DNA from: an uncultured Vicinamibacterales bacterium | GTDB taxonomy: Bacteria; Acidobacteriota; Vicinamibacteria; Vicinamibacterales; JAKQTR01 | Length of the DNA: 64,000 nucleotides | Direction of reading: 5' to 3' | Assembly: GCA_964481395.1 (NCBI GenBank) | Contig: CAYZYG010000003.1 | Coordinates: forward strand, 30,535-94,534 | Shown here: positions 28,354-38,018 of the stretch, one piece after another | Layout of the letters: each line of letters starts with the position of its first letter | Position numbering within the stretch: the first letter of the stretch is position 1 | The notes under the pieces: model-generated | What the model was told of the DNA's origin: nothing | Database searches by the model: none | Seen by the model: the letters and a program-made list of their open reading frames with translations, nothing else | Program-made: the position numbers and the translations under genes

Positions 28354-28381
28354 ACAGTAGATAGCAGACAGTAGACAGTAG
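28354..28381. repeat. Heptamer tandem repeat ACAGTAG (3 perfect units and 1 degenerate unit, with degenerate flanking units) immediately after the S9 peptidase stop codon
   Basis: ACAGTAG ATAGCAG ACAGTAG ACAGTAG read directly. Followed by purine-rich low-GC sequence and a CCGGAATC x2 direct repeat at 28426-28441. Confidence 0.7.
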
Positions 28382-28463
28382 AAGATACGGCCCAAGACCG
28401 AAGACAAGAAAACGGCAGTCAGGAGCCGGAATCCCGGAATCGGGAGGCGCGCACCACGCAACG

Positions 28464-29786
28464 GTGATGGTGGGAGGGGGACCTGTGTCGTCAGTGGTGA
28501 ACCAGTCGGAGGCCCTCAGATACGCCCTCCTGGGAGAGCGGGAAGTCGCGCAGCCGCCGGGTATCCCGACGGACGTGACGCGGAGGCCCGTGCAGGCGGT
28601 CGGCATCGTGGGGGCCGGCACGATGGGCGCCGGGATCGCCATGTGCTTTGCGAATGCCGGCATCCCTGTCGCCATCCTCGACGCGGACGAGGCCGCGCTC
28701 CAACGGGGCGTCGAGACGATCCGCCGGACCTACGCGTCGGCCGTCAGCCGTGGGTCGCTCTCGCAGGACGCGATGGCCAGCCGCCTGGGCCTCGTGCGCG
28801 CGACCACCTCGCTCGAGGACTTCCGCGAGTCCGACCTCATCGTCGAGGCAGTGTTCGAAGACATCGACGTCAAACGGCAGGTGTTCCGGCAGCTCGACAC
28901 GATCGCCAGGCCCGGGGCGATCCTCGCGACGAACACCTCGTATCTGGATGTGGGAACGCTCGCTGCAGTCACGCGACGGCCGGAGGATGTGATCGGCCTG
29001 CACTTCTTCAGCCCGGCGCACGTCATGCGCTTGCTCGAAGTGGTGCGGACCCCTGCCGTGGCCCAGGACGTCGTCGTCACCGCCATGCACCTGGGAACGA
29101 CCCTCGGCAAGGTGGCCGTGCTCGTCGGGGGCGCGGACGGCTTCGTCGGCAACCGCATGCTCGCCCAGCGCACGCGCGAGGCGTATTTCCTGCTGGAGGA
29201 GGGCGCGCTGCCGGAGCAGGTCGACCGGGTCCTCACCGAATTCGGGTTCCCGATGGGCCCCTTCGCGGTCGGCGATCTGGCCGGCCTGGACATCGGCTGG
29301 CGGAACCGGAAGGCGCGAGCCCACCTGCGCAAGCCGGGCGTGCGAGACTGTGACCTGCTCGACAAGGTCTGCGAGCTGGGACGCCTGGGCCAGAAGACCG
29401 GGGCGGGGTGGTACCGGTACGAGGCGGGCAGCCGGACGCCGATTCCCGATCCTCTCATCGAACGGCTGATCGTCGAGCACTCGAAGCAGGCCGGTATGTC
29501 GCGCCGGGCGATCGGCGACCAGGAGATCCTCGATCGCTGCCTGCTGGCGATGGTCAACGAGGGGGCCAAGATCCTGGAGGAGGGCGTGGCGGCCCGCGAG
29601 GTGGACATCGACATGGTCTGGCTGCACGGCTACAGGTTCCCCTCGTATCGTGGCGGTCCGATGTTCTACGCGCGAGCCAGAGGATTCGGCGAGGTCCTCG
29701 CACGCATCACCGAGTTCCGGGACCGGTTCGGGCCGGATTTCTGGACGCCATCAGAGTGGCTGACCGAACGCGCCCGAGAGCGCTGA
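28464..29786 (+). CDS. 3-hydroxyacyl-CoA dehydrogenase (NAD-binding, FadB C-terminal type, no hydratase domain)
   Basis: Rossmann motif VGIVGAGTMGAGIAMCFANAGIPVAILD, HFFSPAHVMRLLEV, and a duplicated C-terminal dimerisation domain. The true start may be the GTG at 28485, 5 nt after GGGAGGGGG. Confidence 0.85.
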   Translation: MMVGGGPVSSVVNQSEALRYALLGEREVAQPPGIPTDVTRRPVQAVGIVGAGTMGAGIAMCFANAGIPVAILDADEAALQRGVETIRRTYASAVSRGSLSQDAMASRLGLVRATTSLEDFRESDLIVEAVFEDIDVKRQVFRQLDTIARPGAILATNTSYLDVGTLAAVTRRPEDVIGLHFFSPAHVMRLLEVVRTPAVAQDVVVTAMHLGTTLGKVAVLVGGADGFVGNRMLAQRTREAYFLLEEGALPEQVDRVLTEFGFPMGPFAVGDLAGLDIGWRNRKARAHLRKPGVRDCDLLDKVCELGRLGQKTGAGWYRYEAGSRTPIPDPLIERLIVEHSKQAGMSRRAIGDQEILDRCLLAMVNEGAKILEEGVAAREVDIDMVWLHGYRFPSYRGGPMFYARARGFGEVLARITEFRDRFGPDFWTPSEWLTERARER

Positions 29787-29802
29787 TCGAACGGAGACAA
29801 CG

Positions 29803-31002
29803 ATGAGAGAGGCGGTCATCGTCGATGCGGTCCGTACGCCGGTGGGCCGGTACGCGGGCGCGCTGAAGGACGTGCGCGCCGACGACCTCGCGGCGCTGTG
29901 CGTCAGGGCGCTCGTCGACCGGAATCGACTGGATCCGGGCGCAATCGAAGACGTCATCTTCGGGTGCGCCAATCAGGCGGGAGAGGACAACCGGAACGTC
30001 GCCCGCATGGCGGCACTCCTGGCGGGACTGCCGGTGAGAGTGCCGGGACTCACCGTCAACCGGCTTTGTGCCTCGGGCCTGAGTGCGGTGGTCAGCGCGG
30101 CCCACGCCATCCGGAACGATGAAGGCGACGTGTTCATCGCCGGCGGTACCGAGTCGATGACCCGGGCGCCCTTCGTGATCGGCAAGTCTCCAACCGCGTT
30201 TTCGCGGGACATGCAGGTTTATGACTCGACGATCGGCTGGCGGTTCGTCAATCCGCGGCTGGCCGAGGCGTATCCTCCCACCAGCCTCGGAGAGACAGCC
30301 GAAAACGTGGCAGAGCGGTATGGGGTGACCCGCCTGGAGTCGGACGAGTTCGCGCACGCGACCCAGCAGAAATGGGGCGCAGCCCACGCAGCTGGCACGT
30401 TCCGCGACGAACTGATTCCCGTCACGGTGCCGCAGGGCCGCCAGGAACCCGTCATCGTCGATCGAGACGAGCATCCCCGCCCGGACGTGACGATGGAGCA
30501 ACTCGCCAGGCTGCCGCCAGCCTTCAAGAAGGGCGGCATCGTGACGGCCGGCAATGCCAGCGGCGTCAACGACGGCGCCGCGGCCCTGCTGCTGATGGAG
30601 GCGAAGACGGCCGAGCGACTTGGCTGCACGCCAATCGTGCGCATCGTCGCGAGCGGCGTCGAGGGGGTCGACCCGGCGTACATGGGACTCGGACCGATCC
30701 CCGCCACGCGTAAGGCGCTGGCGCGGGCAGGGCTGCAGATTGGCGGCCTCGACCTCGTCGAATTGAACGAAGCGTTCGCGGCGCAGGCGATTCCGTGCAT
30801 CAGGGAACTGGGTCTCGACCCGGCGACGGTGAATGTCAACGGCGGCGCGATCGCCATCGGCCACCCGCTGGGATCCACCGGCGCACGGATCCTCACCACG
30901 CTGGTGCACGAGATGAAGCGCAGGCGGTCTCGATACGGCCTGGTGTCGATGTGCGTCGGCGTCGGCCAGGGCATCGCCATCGTCGTCGAAGGATGCCGGT
31001 AG
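29803..31002 (+). CDS. Acetyl-CoA C-acyltransferase (thiolase)
   Basis: MREAVIVDAVRTPVGRY. Active-site Cys in NRLCASGL. C-terminal NVNGGAIAIGHPLGSTGARI and MCVGVGQG motifs. Confidence 0.9.
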   Translation: MREAVIVDAVRTPVGRYAGALKDVRADDLAALCVRALVDRNRLDPGAIEDVIFGCANQAGEDNRNVARMAALLAGLPVRVPGLTVNRLCASGLSAVVSAAHAIRNDEGDVFIAGGTESMTRAPFVIGKSPTAFSRDMQVYDSTIGWRFVNPRLAEAYPPTSLGETAENVAERYGVTRLESDEFAHATQQKWGAAHAAGTFRDELIPVTVPQGRQEPVIVDRDEHPRPDVTMEQLARLPPAFKKGGIVTAGNASGVNDGAAALLLMEAKTAERLGCTPIVRIVASGVEGVDPAYMGLGPIPATRKALARAGLQIGGLDLVELNEAFAAQAIPCIRELGLDPATVNVNGGAIAIGHPLGSTGARILTTLVHEMKRRRSRYGLVSMCVGVGQGIAIVVEGCR

Positions 31003-31047
31003 CCGCGTGCGCCCCGGGTCGGCGGGGATGCGACAGAGCCGTTTCCG

Positions 31048-32028
31048 TCAGCGCTCGACGCGTGCAGCGGCCACCGTCACGTCGCGTCGCCCGCCGCTGC
31101 CGTACCGCTCGAACACCATGAGGATTTGTGCGTCGTTGGCGGACGGACGCATCCGGAAGTACGTCGGGAGACCCGCGAACCCTTCGTGGCGGCTGTGCCG
31201 CAACTGTCCGCGGAAGTTCTCGCCCTCGTTGTCCACGGAGATTTCGTACGCGCCGGGTTCCGCGGACGTCCCGACGAGCGTGTTGAAGCCCACCACCCTG
31301 AGCGTGAACCGCCGCTCACCCTCCGTGTCGGCGAAGATGCCCTGCCCGTCGAGGATGCGCCATTCGCCCGCGAGGCGCGTGATGCGAGCGATGTTGTCGG
31401 TCGAATACGGATTCGGGCGAGGCTCCCAGGGCGCCACGGCGTACGCGACCGCGCCGGCCGCGACGAGCACGACGAGCCAGAGCGCGGCATGGCGCGCCGA
31501 GCGCACGGGCCCGATGGAGTCTGGAGCAGATGCGTCGGGTTCGAGCGCCGCGGTCCCGCTCAACGCCATCACGGTGCCGGCCAGGTGCGCGAACGCCAGG
31601 AGAGCCGTGTCGACGAGCGTGAAGGCGACCCACCAGCCTCCTTCGACCTCGCCCGCCGCCGACCCGCCGCGCTTGATCGCCAGGAAGGGCTCCTTGAGGG
31701 ATCCGTCCACCACTTCGCCAAGCCAGTAGAGCGGCGGATCGATCGGGCCAGCGTGGACGAAGCTGGTGACTGCGAGGTGGGGCACGACGAAGGCGACGGC
31801 CGCTGCCAAGGCCAGCCACACGCGCTGCGTGAAGATCCAGTGTCGCCCCGGGTCGTTGCGGCCGAGCCACCCCGTGGCATACCCGACGAGGCCCCCGGCC
31901 ACCATCCCTTGAATGCCGAACAGCGAGAACCCGAGCGAGCCCCTCAGCGCACCGAGCAGCGCCCCTGCCACGGCCGCCACCAGCATGGCGGGCACGAAGC
32001 GGAAACGGATCCAATCCCCGTTGGTCAT
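31048..32028 (-). CDS. Hypothetical integral membrane protein with C-terminal soluble domain
   Basis: Start trimmed to MTNGDWIRFRFVPAMLVAAVAG with a GGAGGC SD. About 6 TM helices, then a soluble tail. The rest of ORF 31048..33270 is antisense or overlaps ilvE. Confidence 0.55.
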   Translation of the reverse strand: MTNGDWIRFRFVPAMLVAAVAGALLGALRGSLGFSLFGIQGMVAGGLVGYATGWLGRNDPGRHWIFTQRVWLALAAAVAFVVPHLAVTSFVHAGPIDPPLYWLGEVVDGSLKEPFLAIKRGGSAAGEVEGGWWVAFTLVDTALLAFAHLAGTVMALSGTAALEPDASAPDSIGPVRSARHAALWLVVLVAAGAVAYAVAPWEPRPNPYSTDNIARITRLAGEWRILDGQGIFADTEGERRFTLRVVGFNTLVGTSAEPGAYEISVDNEGENFRGQLRHSRHEGFAGLPTYFRMRPSANDAQILMVFERYGSGGRRDVTVAAARVER

Positions 32029-32165
32029 GGCTGCCTCCAGCGCTGCCGAGCAGTATGAACCGATTCCGGAGAGGATCAAGGGAGTCGGGGTCCGAGGCGG
32101 TCTTCCGGTACGCGTTCGTCGAGTTGCGGGCCACGATCTCGTGCCTTCGATGCCCCGGCCCGTGC

Positions 32166-33209
32166 TCAGAGCCCGCTCACGCCCTCCGGAACCAGGTGTG
32201 TCCAGCCTCTCGTGTCGGCCAGCCGTCCCGTCTGAATGCCGTTGATGATCTCCCACAGGCGGTCGCGGACATCGCGGCCAGGAAGCGTGACGGACCGATC
32301 CCGATAACCGATCTCGCCGACGCGCCTGAGCGTCCAGGCGGTGCCGCAGGAGAACGCCTCGCGCGCGTCGGCCAGAATTTCGTCGATGCTGATTCGGCGC
32401 TCCTGCACGTCGAGGCCGAGGTCTTCCCGGGCCACCGTGATCACCGAGTTCCGCGTCACGCCGGCGAGGATCTGATCGTCGAGCGGCGGCGTGATCAGTT
32501 GTCCGGTTCGGTTCACCACGAAGAAGTTGGCCCCGCTCGTCTCTGTCACGTACTTCAGCTCGCGGGCGTCCAGGTACAGCACGTCGTCGAAGCCCTGCGC
32601 CTTGGCCGCCGAGGTCACGTGCATGCTGCCGGCGTAGTTGCCCATGGCCTTGGCGGCGCCGGTTCCGCCCGGCGCCACGCGCGCACGATCCACGGCCTGC
32701 AGGCGGATCGCGTCCATCGAGGGGCCGATCGAGCCGACTGGCGTGCCGTACATCGTGACCTGGTGGGCGCCGCCGGCCCCGTAGCCGAGCCGCGGCTCGG
32801 TCGCGTGCTGCAGCGGGCGGATGTAGAACGAGCCCACGCTGGGCGGCGGCACGAAGCGCCGGTTGGCGTCGACCAGGCGATCGACCGCGGACAGGAACTC
32901 GTCGATCGGGAACGGCGCCATCGACAGCCGCTCGGCGGAGCGCTGGAAGCGGGCCGCGTTGGCGTCGGGCCGGAAGAGCCGGATGGTGCCGTCCTCGCGG
33001 CGAAACGCCTTCAGTCCTTCGAAAATCCCGACGCCGTACGACAGCACGGCGGCAGCCGGCGACAGCGCGATCGGGCCGTACGGCTCGATCCGCCCCCGCG
33101 TCCACACGGGGTCCCGCCGGGTGTCCCCGTCGGCACGGTAGATGTAGTCGGTTTCGGTGAACGCGAACGTCAGCGCAGTCCAGTCGGGAACGGGCTTGCC
33201 GTGGGTCAT
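32166..33209 (-). CDS. ilvE: Branched-chain amino acid aminotransferase (class IV)
   Basis: 347 aa. LSYGVGIFEGLKAFR, FYIRPL, GGTGAAKAMGNYAGS, YLDARELKYVTETSGANFF, ILAGVTR. The overall pattern is that of long-form IlvE. Confidence 0.85.
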   Translation of the reverse strand: MTHGKPVPDWTALTFAFTETDYIYRADGDTRRDPVWTRGRIEPYGPIALSPAAAVLSYGVGIFEGLKAFRREDGTIRLFRPDANAARFQRSAERLSMAPFPIDEFLSAVDRLVDANRRFVPPPSVGSFYIRPLQHATEPRLGYGAGGAHQVTMYGTPVGSIGPSMDAIRLQAVDRARVAPGGTGAAKAMGNYAGSMHVTSAAKAQGFDDVLYLDARELKYVTETSGANFFVVNRTGQLITPPLDDQILAGVTRNSVITVAREDLGLDVQERRISIDEILADAREAFSCGTAWTLRRVGEIGYRDRSVTLPGRDVRDRLWEIINGIQTGRLADTRGWTHLVPEGVSGL

Positions 33210-33372
33210 GGGACCATCGTCTCATGAATCCGATGTATCCGGCACGGACCTGCGCGACCGGCGCGCGCACGCCGGTGCCGCTTGCGTCCGACCCTCAGCC
33301 GACCTACGATTGGAGGCGGGCGGCCCGCTCACGACCGAAGATTTCGCGCCGGCATCCGGCGGGAGGTATCCC

Positions 33373-33825
33373 ATGAGCACGATCGACGTCGGGGATCTGC
33401 TGTACGAGTACGCGGTCAATATCAGCCGCGTGACCGACTACGGCGTCACGCTGGACTCGCTGGCGGCGGGTGCCGCCCCGCCGCCCGAGGGCGCCAGGTT
33501 CGACGTCTGGTTCGAGGGACCGGTGAACGGAGAGCGGTTCAAGGGGACGGCCACCGGAGTCGACTATCTGCACGTGCGCGCCGACGGCCGCTTCGAACTC
33601 CACATCCATGCGGAGATCACCACCGACGACGGGCACAGGATCGCGCTCTTTGCCGATGGCGTCGGCCTTCCGCAGCCGGGGAGCCCCATCGTCCAACTGC
33701 GCGAGAACGCGACGCTGTTCACGTCATCGAAGAAGTACGCCTGGGTGAACACGCTCCAGGTCTGGGCCATTGGCACGGCGGACCTGTCGCAGCAGGTCGT
33801 CCGCATCAAGGGGTACGTAGCCTAG
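33373..33825 (+). CDS. Small hypothetical beta-rich protein (possibly DUF3237-like)
   Basis: ATG at 33373 preceded by GGGAGG. 150 aa with normal composition. The family call is tentative. Confidence 0.45.
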   Translation: MSTIDVGDLLYEYAVNISRVTDYGVTLDSLAAGAAPPPEGARFDVWFEGPVNGERFKGTATGVDYLHVRADGRFELHIHAEITTDDGHRIALFADGVGLPQPGSPIVQLRENATLFTSSKKYAWVNTLQVWAIGTADLSQQVVRIKGYVA

Positions 33826-33922
33826 GATAGCGGCAGTGAGTCCGCGGGTCGTCAGAGGCGCGCCCCGGCTCGCCTCTCGAGAGAGGTATGATCGGACATT
33901 CCCTTTCGAGAGGCACCCGTCC

Positions 33923-35431
33923 ATGCGTATCGCGCCATTCGTCCTCGCGTGGCTGTTGACCGCCGTCATTGCGGCGGCCCAGCCCGCGGCTCCCGCGCCG
34001 GCCCCAGCGGGCCCGGTCACCGTCACGCTGCTGCACTTCAACGACGTCTACGAGATCCAGCCCGTAGAGAACGGCAGGACGGGCGGCTTGGCGCGCGTCG
34101 CCACGCTGATCGACGGGCTGAAGGCCGAAGGCCGCCCGCTCGTCACCACCCTCGGCGGCGACTACCTCTCCCCGTCGGCCATCGGGACCGCCCGCATCGA
34201 CGGCCAGCCGCTGGCGGGCCGCCAGATGGTCGCCGTGCTCAACGCCGTCAAGCTCGACTGGGCCACCTTCGGGAACCACGAGTTCGACGTCTCCGAATCG
34301 GCGTTCCGCGCGCGCCTCGCCGAATCGACCTTTCGCCTGGTGTCGAGCAACGTCACCGAGGCGTCCGGGCAGCCCTTCCCCGGCGTGGTGACCTCCGCCG
34401 TCGTGCCGGTGAAGGCCGGAGACCGCACCGTCAACATCGGACTGATCGGCGTTACCGTGGGGTCGACGAAGAAGCCGTGGGTGGCCTATCGCGATCCGAT
34501 CGAGGCCGCTCGCGGGGAGGTCGGCAAGCTCAAGGGCAAGGCCGACGCCATCGTCGCACTGACGCACCTCTCACTCGCCCAGGACGCCGACCTGGTGACG
34601 GCAGTTCCGGAGATCGATCTCGTGCTCGGCGGCCACGAGCACGAGAACTGGCTGGCGCGCCGGGGCCCCCGCTTCGTCCCGATCGTCAAGGCCGACGCCA
34701 ACGTGCGATCGGTGGCGATCGTGACGCTTGCGATCGAGCCCGGGAAGCGCCCGGTCGTCACCGCCGACCTGAAGATCGTCGACGAGGCTGTTCCGTCCAG
34801 TCCCGCGGTCGCTGAGGTGGCGCGCCACTGGACCGAGTTGGCGTTCGAGGGGTTCCGGCGCGACGGATTCGCTCCCGAGGCGCTGGTCGTGACCACGACC
34901 GAACCGCTCGACGGGCGCGAGTCCACCGTGCGCAACCGCCCCGACCGGCTGACCACACTGATCGCGGCCGCGGTCGCGCGCGAAGTGCCGGGCGCGGACG
35001 TGGGGTTGTTCAACGGGGGGTCTGTACGCATCGACGACGTGATCCTGCCCGGGCCCGTCACCGAGTACGACATCATCCGCGTGCTGCCATTCGGCGGCCG
35101 TGTGGTCGGCGCGACGTTCACCGGCGCGCTCCTCGCCCGGGTCCTCGAGACGGGCGTCAACAACGAGGGGACCGGCGGCTACCTGCACGCCTGGGGCGTC
35201 CGCTGGCAGGACGGGCAGTGGCACGTGCAGGGAAAGCCCATCGATCCGGCCGCTCGGTACACGGTGGCGCTCACGGACTTCCTCCTCACGGGCGGCGAAA
35301 TCAATCTCGGCTATCTGACCCGTTCGAATCCAGGCGTGGGTGACGTGCGCGAGTTCCGGGACGTCCGGCGTGCGCTCATCGACGAGCTGCGGACCGTGTA
35401 CGGCGGCGCTCCCGGCGGCGGGCGCCGCTAG
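33923..35431 (+). CDS. Secreted bifunctional metallophosphatase/5'-nucleotidase (UshA-like)
   Basis: Signal peptide MRIAPFVLAWLLTAVIAAAQ. Metallophosphatase motifs LLHFNDVYE, GGDYLSPS, FGNHEFD, LGGHEH. C-terminal 5'-nucleotidase domain. Confidence 0.8.
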   Translation: MRIAPFVLAWLLTAVIAAAQPAAPAPAPAGPVTVTLLHFNDVYEIQPVENGRTGGLARVATLIDGLKAEGRPLVTTLGGDYLSPSAIGTARIDGQPLAGRQMVAVLNAVKLDWATFGNHEFDVSESAFRARLAESTFRLVSSNVTEASGQPFPGVVTSAVVPVKAGDRTVNIGLIGVTVGSTKKPWVAYRDPIEAARGEVGKLKGKADAIVALTHLSLAQDADLVTAVPEIDLVLGGHEHENWLARRGPRFVPIVKADANVRSVAIVTLAIEPGKRPVVTADLKIVDEAVPSSPAVAEVARHWTELAFEGFRRDGFAPEALVVTTTEPLDGRESTVRNRPDRLTTLIAAAVAREVPGADVGLFNGGSVRIDDVILPGPVTEYDIIRVLPFGGRVVGATFTGALLARVLETGVNNEGTGGYLHAWGVRWQDGQWHVQGKPIDPAARYTVALTDFLLTGGEINLGYLTRSNPGVGDVREFRDVRRALIDELRTVYGGAPGGGRR

Positions 35432-35502
35432 CCCCGGGGGAACCCCGCTCAGACTCCGGGAGTGCCCCCGCTCTACAGCGGGGGTGCTCCGGGGACATCG
35501 GG

Positions 35503-35508
35503 TAGAAT
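35503..35508 (+). promoter_or_regulatory. TAGAAT -10-like hexamer upstream of the serine hydrolase gene
   Basis: GGGTAGAATG, 33 nt before the ATG at 35542. Confidence 0.3.
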
Positions 35509-35541
35509 GCGCCCATTCGCGCCCGTTGCCAGGAGCCTGTC

Positions 35542-37008
35542 ATGCGACTCTTCCGCGCCGCTTCCGTCGCTTTGCTGGTTGTTGCCGTTCTCGGCTGGAT
35601 CGGCTCCGAGCAGGTCGAGCCGCAACATCCGCGCATCGCCCAGGCGCTCGAACTGGCGCGCGTGTGGCTCGAGGCCCAGCGCGCCTACGACCAGATCCCC
35701 GGCGTGTCAGCCGCCATCGTGCACGACCAGCAGGTGCTCTGGGCCGGCGGGTACGGGATGGCCGACCTGGCCGCGAAGCGCCCGGCGGCGCCCGACACGA
35801 TCTACAGCATCTGCTCCATCTCGAAGCTCTTCACGAGCATCGCCGTCATGCAGCAGCGCGACGCCGGCAAGTTGCGCCTCGACGATCCGGTCAGCCGCCA
35901 CCTGCCCTGGTTCCGCATCAAGCCGCTGGAGGGTGAATCGACCGAGATCACCGTCGAAGGCCTCCTCACGCACGCATCCGGGCTTCCCCGTGAATCCGAC
36001 TTCCCGTACTGGACGGGCGCCGGCTTCCCGTTCCCGACGCGCGAACAGATCATCGAACGCATCACCGCCCAGCAGATGCTCTATCCGGCCGAGACGCTCT
36101 TCCAATACTCCAACCTTGGCCTGACGCTCGCGGGTGAAATCGCGGCGACCGTGGCCGGAAAGCCCTACGCGGAACTGGTCCGGCAGTCCATCCTCGACCC
36201 GCTCGGCCTCCAGAGCACGACGCCCGACATGCCCGCTGACCAGCGCGGCAGGCGTCTCGCCACCGGCTACAGCGGCCTCGGGCGGGAGGGCGTGCGCCAG
36301 CCCGTTCCGTTCTTCACTGCCAACGGCATCGCACCGGCCGCGGGCTTCGCCTCGACGGTCGAAGACCTCGCCCGCTTCGCCTCGTGGCAGTTCCGGCTGC
36401 TCGCGAAGGGCGGCACCGAAATCCTGGCCGCGACGACCCTGCGCGACATGCACCGCGTCCACTGGATCGACACGGACTTCACGAATTCGTACGGGCTCGG
36501 CTTCGCCGTGTGGCGCAGCGACGAGAAGACGTTCGTGGGCCACGGCGGCTCGTGCCCGGGATTCCGCTCGCAGCTGCTGCTCAAGCCCGACGAGAAGATC
36601 GCGACGGTCTTCATGGCCAACGCCCAGGGGGTGAACGCCACCCAGTACGCCCAGCGCCTCTACGACCTCGTCGGCCCGATTGTCGCGGCGGCGGCGAAGG
36701 AGAAGAAGATGGGGCTGGAGCCCGAGGCGCCCGATTCGTCGCTGTCGGCCTACCTCGGCTCGTACGCGAGCACCTTCAGTGGCTCCGAGACCGCGGTCGT
36801 TCTCTGGGACGACGGGCTCGCGATGCTCCCGCTGCCTACGACCAACCCGGTGACCGCGCTGGCGAAAATCCGGAAGGTGGGCGACCACACGTTCCGCCGG
36901 GTGCGGAAGGACGGAGTGCTCGGCGAGACCATCACCTTCGAGATGGGGCCTGACGGCCGCGCGCTGCGCTATGTGCAGCACAGCAATCCGTACGAGCGGC
37001 GACGGTAG
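35542..37008 (+). CDS. Beta-lactamase-fold serine hydrolase (class C/PBP4-like family)
   Basis: Signal peptide. SxxK motif SICSISK. YSNLG (YxN). 488 aa with an extra C-terminal domain. Confidence 0.85.
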   Translation: MRLFRAASVALLVVAVLGWIGSEQVEPQHPRIAQALELARVWLEAQRAYDQIPGVSAAIVHDQQVLWAGGYGMADLAAKRPAAPDTIYSICSISKLFTSIAVMQQRDAGKLRLDDPVSRHLPWFRIKPLEGESTEITVEGLLTHASGLPRESDFPYWTGAGFPFPTREQIIERITAQQMLYPAETLFQYSNLGLTLAGEIAATVAGKPYAELVRQSILDPLGLQSTTPDMPADQRGRRLATGYSGLGREGVRQPVPFFTANGIAPAAGFASTVEDLARFASWQFRLLAKGGTEILAATTLRDMHRVHWIDTDFTNSYGLGFAVWRSDEKTFVGHGGSCPGFRSQLLLKPDEKIATVFMANAQGVNATQYAQRLYDLVGPIVAAAAKEKKMGLEPEAPDSSLSAYLGSYASTFSGSETAVVLWDDGLAMLPLPTTNPVTALAKIRKVGDHTFRRVRKDGVLGETITFEMGPDGRALRYVQHSNPYERRR

Positions 37009-37013
37009 CGCGG

Positions 37014-37050
37014 CACACGGCACCGGGGGGCGGTTCGATTCTGCCGTGTG
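37014..37050 (+). terminator. Hairpin (9-bp stem CACACGGCA/TGCCGTGTG, 19-nt loop) 6 nt after the serine hydrolase stop
   Basis: Read directly. There is no U-tract, so function as an intrinsic terminator is uncertain. Confidence 0.3.
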
Positions 37051-37160
37051 GCGAGCATCCGATCGTGCCGGGTGCGCGGAAGTGAACGGGGACTGGCGCT
37101 GCCCGGGTTCGTTCCCGCCGCCGCATTCGGGTATCCTCACTGTCACCGGGAGATCCCGTC

Positions 37161-37747
37161 ATGGCCGCACCGCCGCTCTTTCCGAAGACCCGCGTTCAGA
37201 TCGTGGCGATGATCCACGCCGGCGCGCTGCCGGGGACGCCCGGATCGTCCGCGCCCCTCGACGCCAACCTGAGCGCCGGCGTGGTCGAGACGCTGGCGGA
37301 TCGATGCCGGCGCGCGGACGTCCCGTACGCGCTGGATCCCTCGGCCCACGAGCGATGCACTCGGATCGCCGCCGCTATCCCGGGCTGCGACCTCATCAAG
37401 CCCGACCGCCCGGAGGCAGCGGCCCTCACAGGCCTCAGGTGCGACACGTCGGCGGAAGCCGGGACCTGTGCAGAGGCTCTCATGCTCGCGGCGCACGCCG
37501 CGCCATCGTGAGTCTGGGCGCCGACGGACTCATATTCGACGCGCACGCCGCGCTGCCCGCGCTGCCGACGACGGTGACGGATGTGACGGGCGCTGGAGAC
37601 GCCATGTTCGCGGCGGCGTTCCTGGGCCTGCTCCAGGGACTGCCGACCGAACGCGCCATCGATGCCGGGCGTCGCGCGGCGGCACTGACTCGTGCCGTGC
37701 GTGGCGCCGTGAGCGCGGCCGTCAGCCCGGACCTCTTTCGTGTGTGA
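37161..37747 (+). pseudogene. Mosaic, frameshifted remnant: BtpA-like N-terminus (about 35 codons) joined to the middle and C-terminus of a PfkB-family sugar/nucleoside kinase
   Basis: LFPKTRVQIVAMIHAGALPGTPGS resembles BtpA N-termini. DLIKPDRPEAAALTG is the PfkB mid motif. The frame changes near 37480-37505. The second frame carries IVSLGADG and the PfkB signature DVTGAGDAMFAAAFLG. No PfkB N-terminal region is present. Confidence 0.6.
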
Positions 37748-37967
37748 GCTGTCCATGGACTCCCTGAACCGTCTGCTCGACGTGTCACCGGAAGTCGCCG
37801 AGGCGCTCGCCGATGCTGCGGCGCACGGCGTGAGCGGCAAGGCGCTGACGCCGTACCTGCTGGCCAGGGTCAACGAGCTGACTGGCGGGAGCGCGCTCGC
37901 GGCGAACGTGGCGCTCATCAGGAACAACGCGACGCTGGCCGCGGGAATCGCGGCTGCGCTGGTGTGA
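37740..37967 (+). pseudogene. C-terminal ~70-codon fragment of pseudouridine-5'-phosphate glycosidase (PsuG/IndA family)
   Basis: HGVSGKALTPYLLARVNELTGGSALAANVALIRNNATLAAGIAAAL matches the conserved PsuG C-terminus (G-K-x-x-TP-F/Y-LL...T-G-G-x-S-L-x-x-N...NNA). The roughly 230 N-terminal residues are missing. Confidence 0.55.
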
Positions 37968-38018
37968 CGAGGAGCGGGCTCATTCGACCGGCTGGCGGGT
38001 TCCCAGTCCGCTGCAGGC

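Noticed and set aside
28354-28381. Heptamer array as a CRISPR or other spaced-repeat locus
   Set aside because: The units are only 7 nt and directly tandem, with no spacers. No cas genes are present in the window.
37023-37041. tRNA-like T-arm sequence GGCGGTTCGATTCTGCC
   Set aside because: It sits in the loop of a simple hairpin just after a stop codon. No acceptor, D or anticodon arms can be drawn around it.
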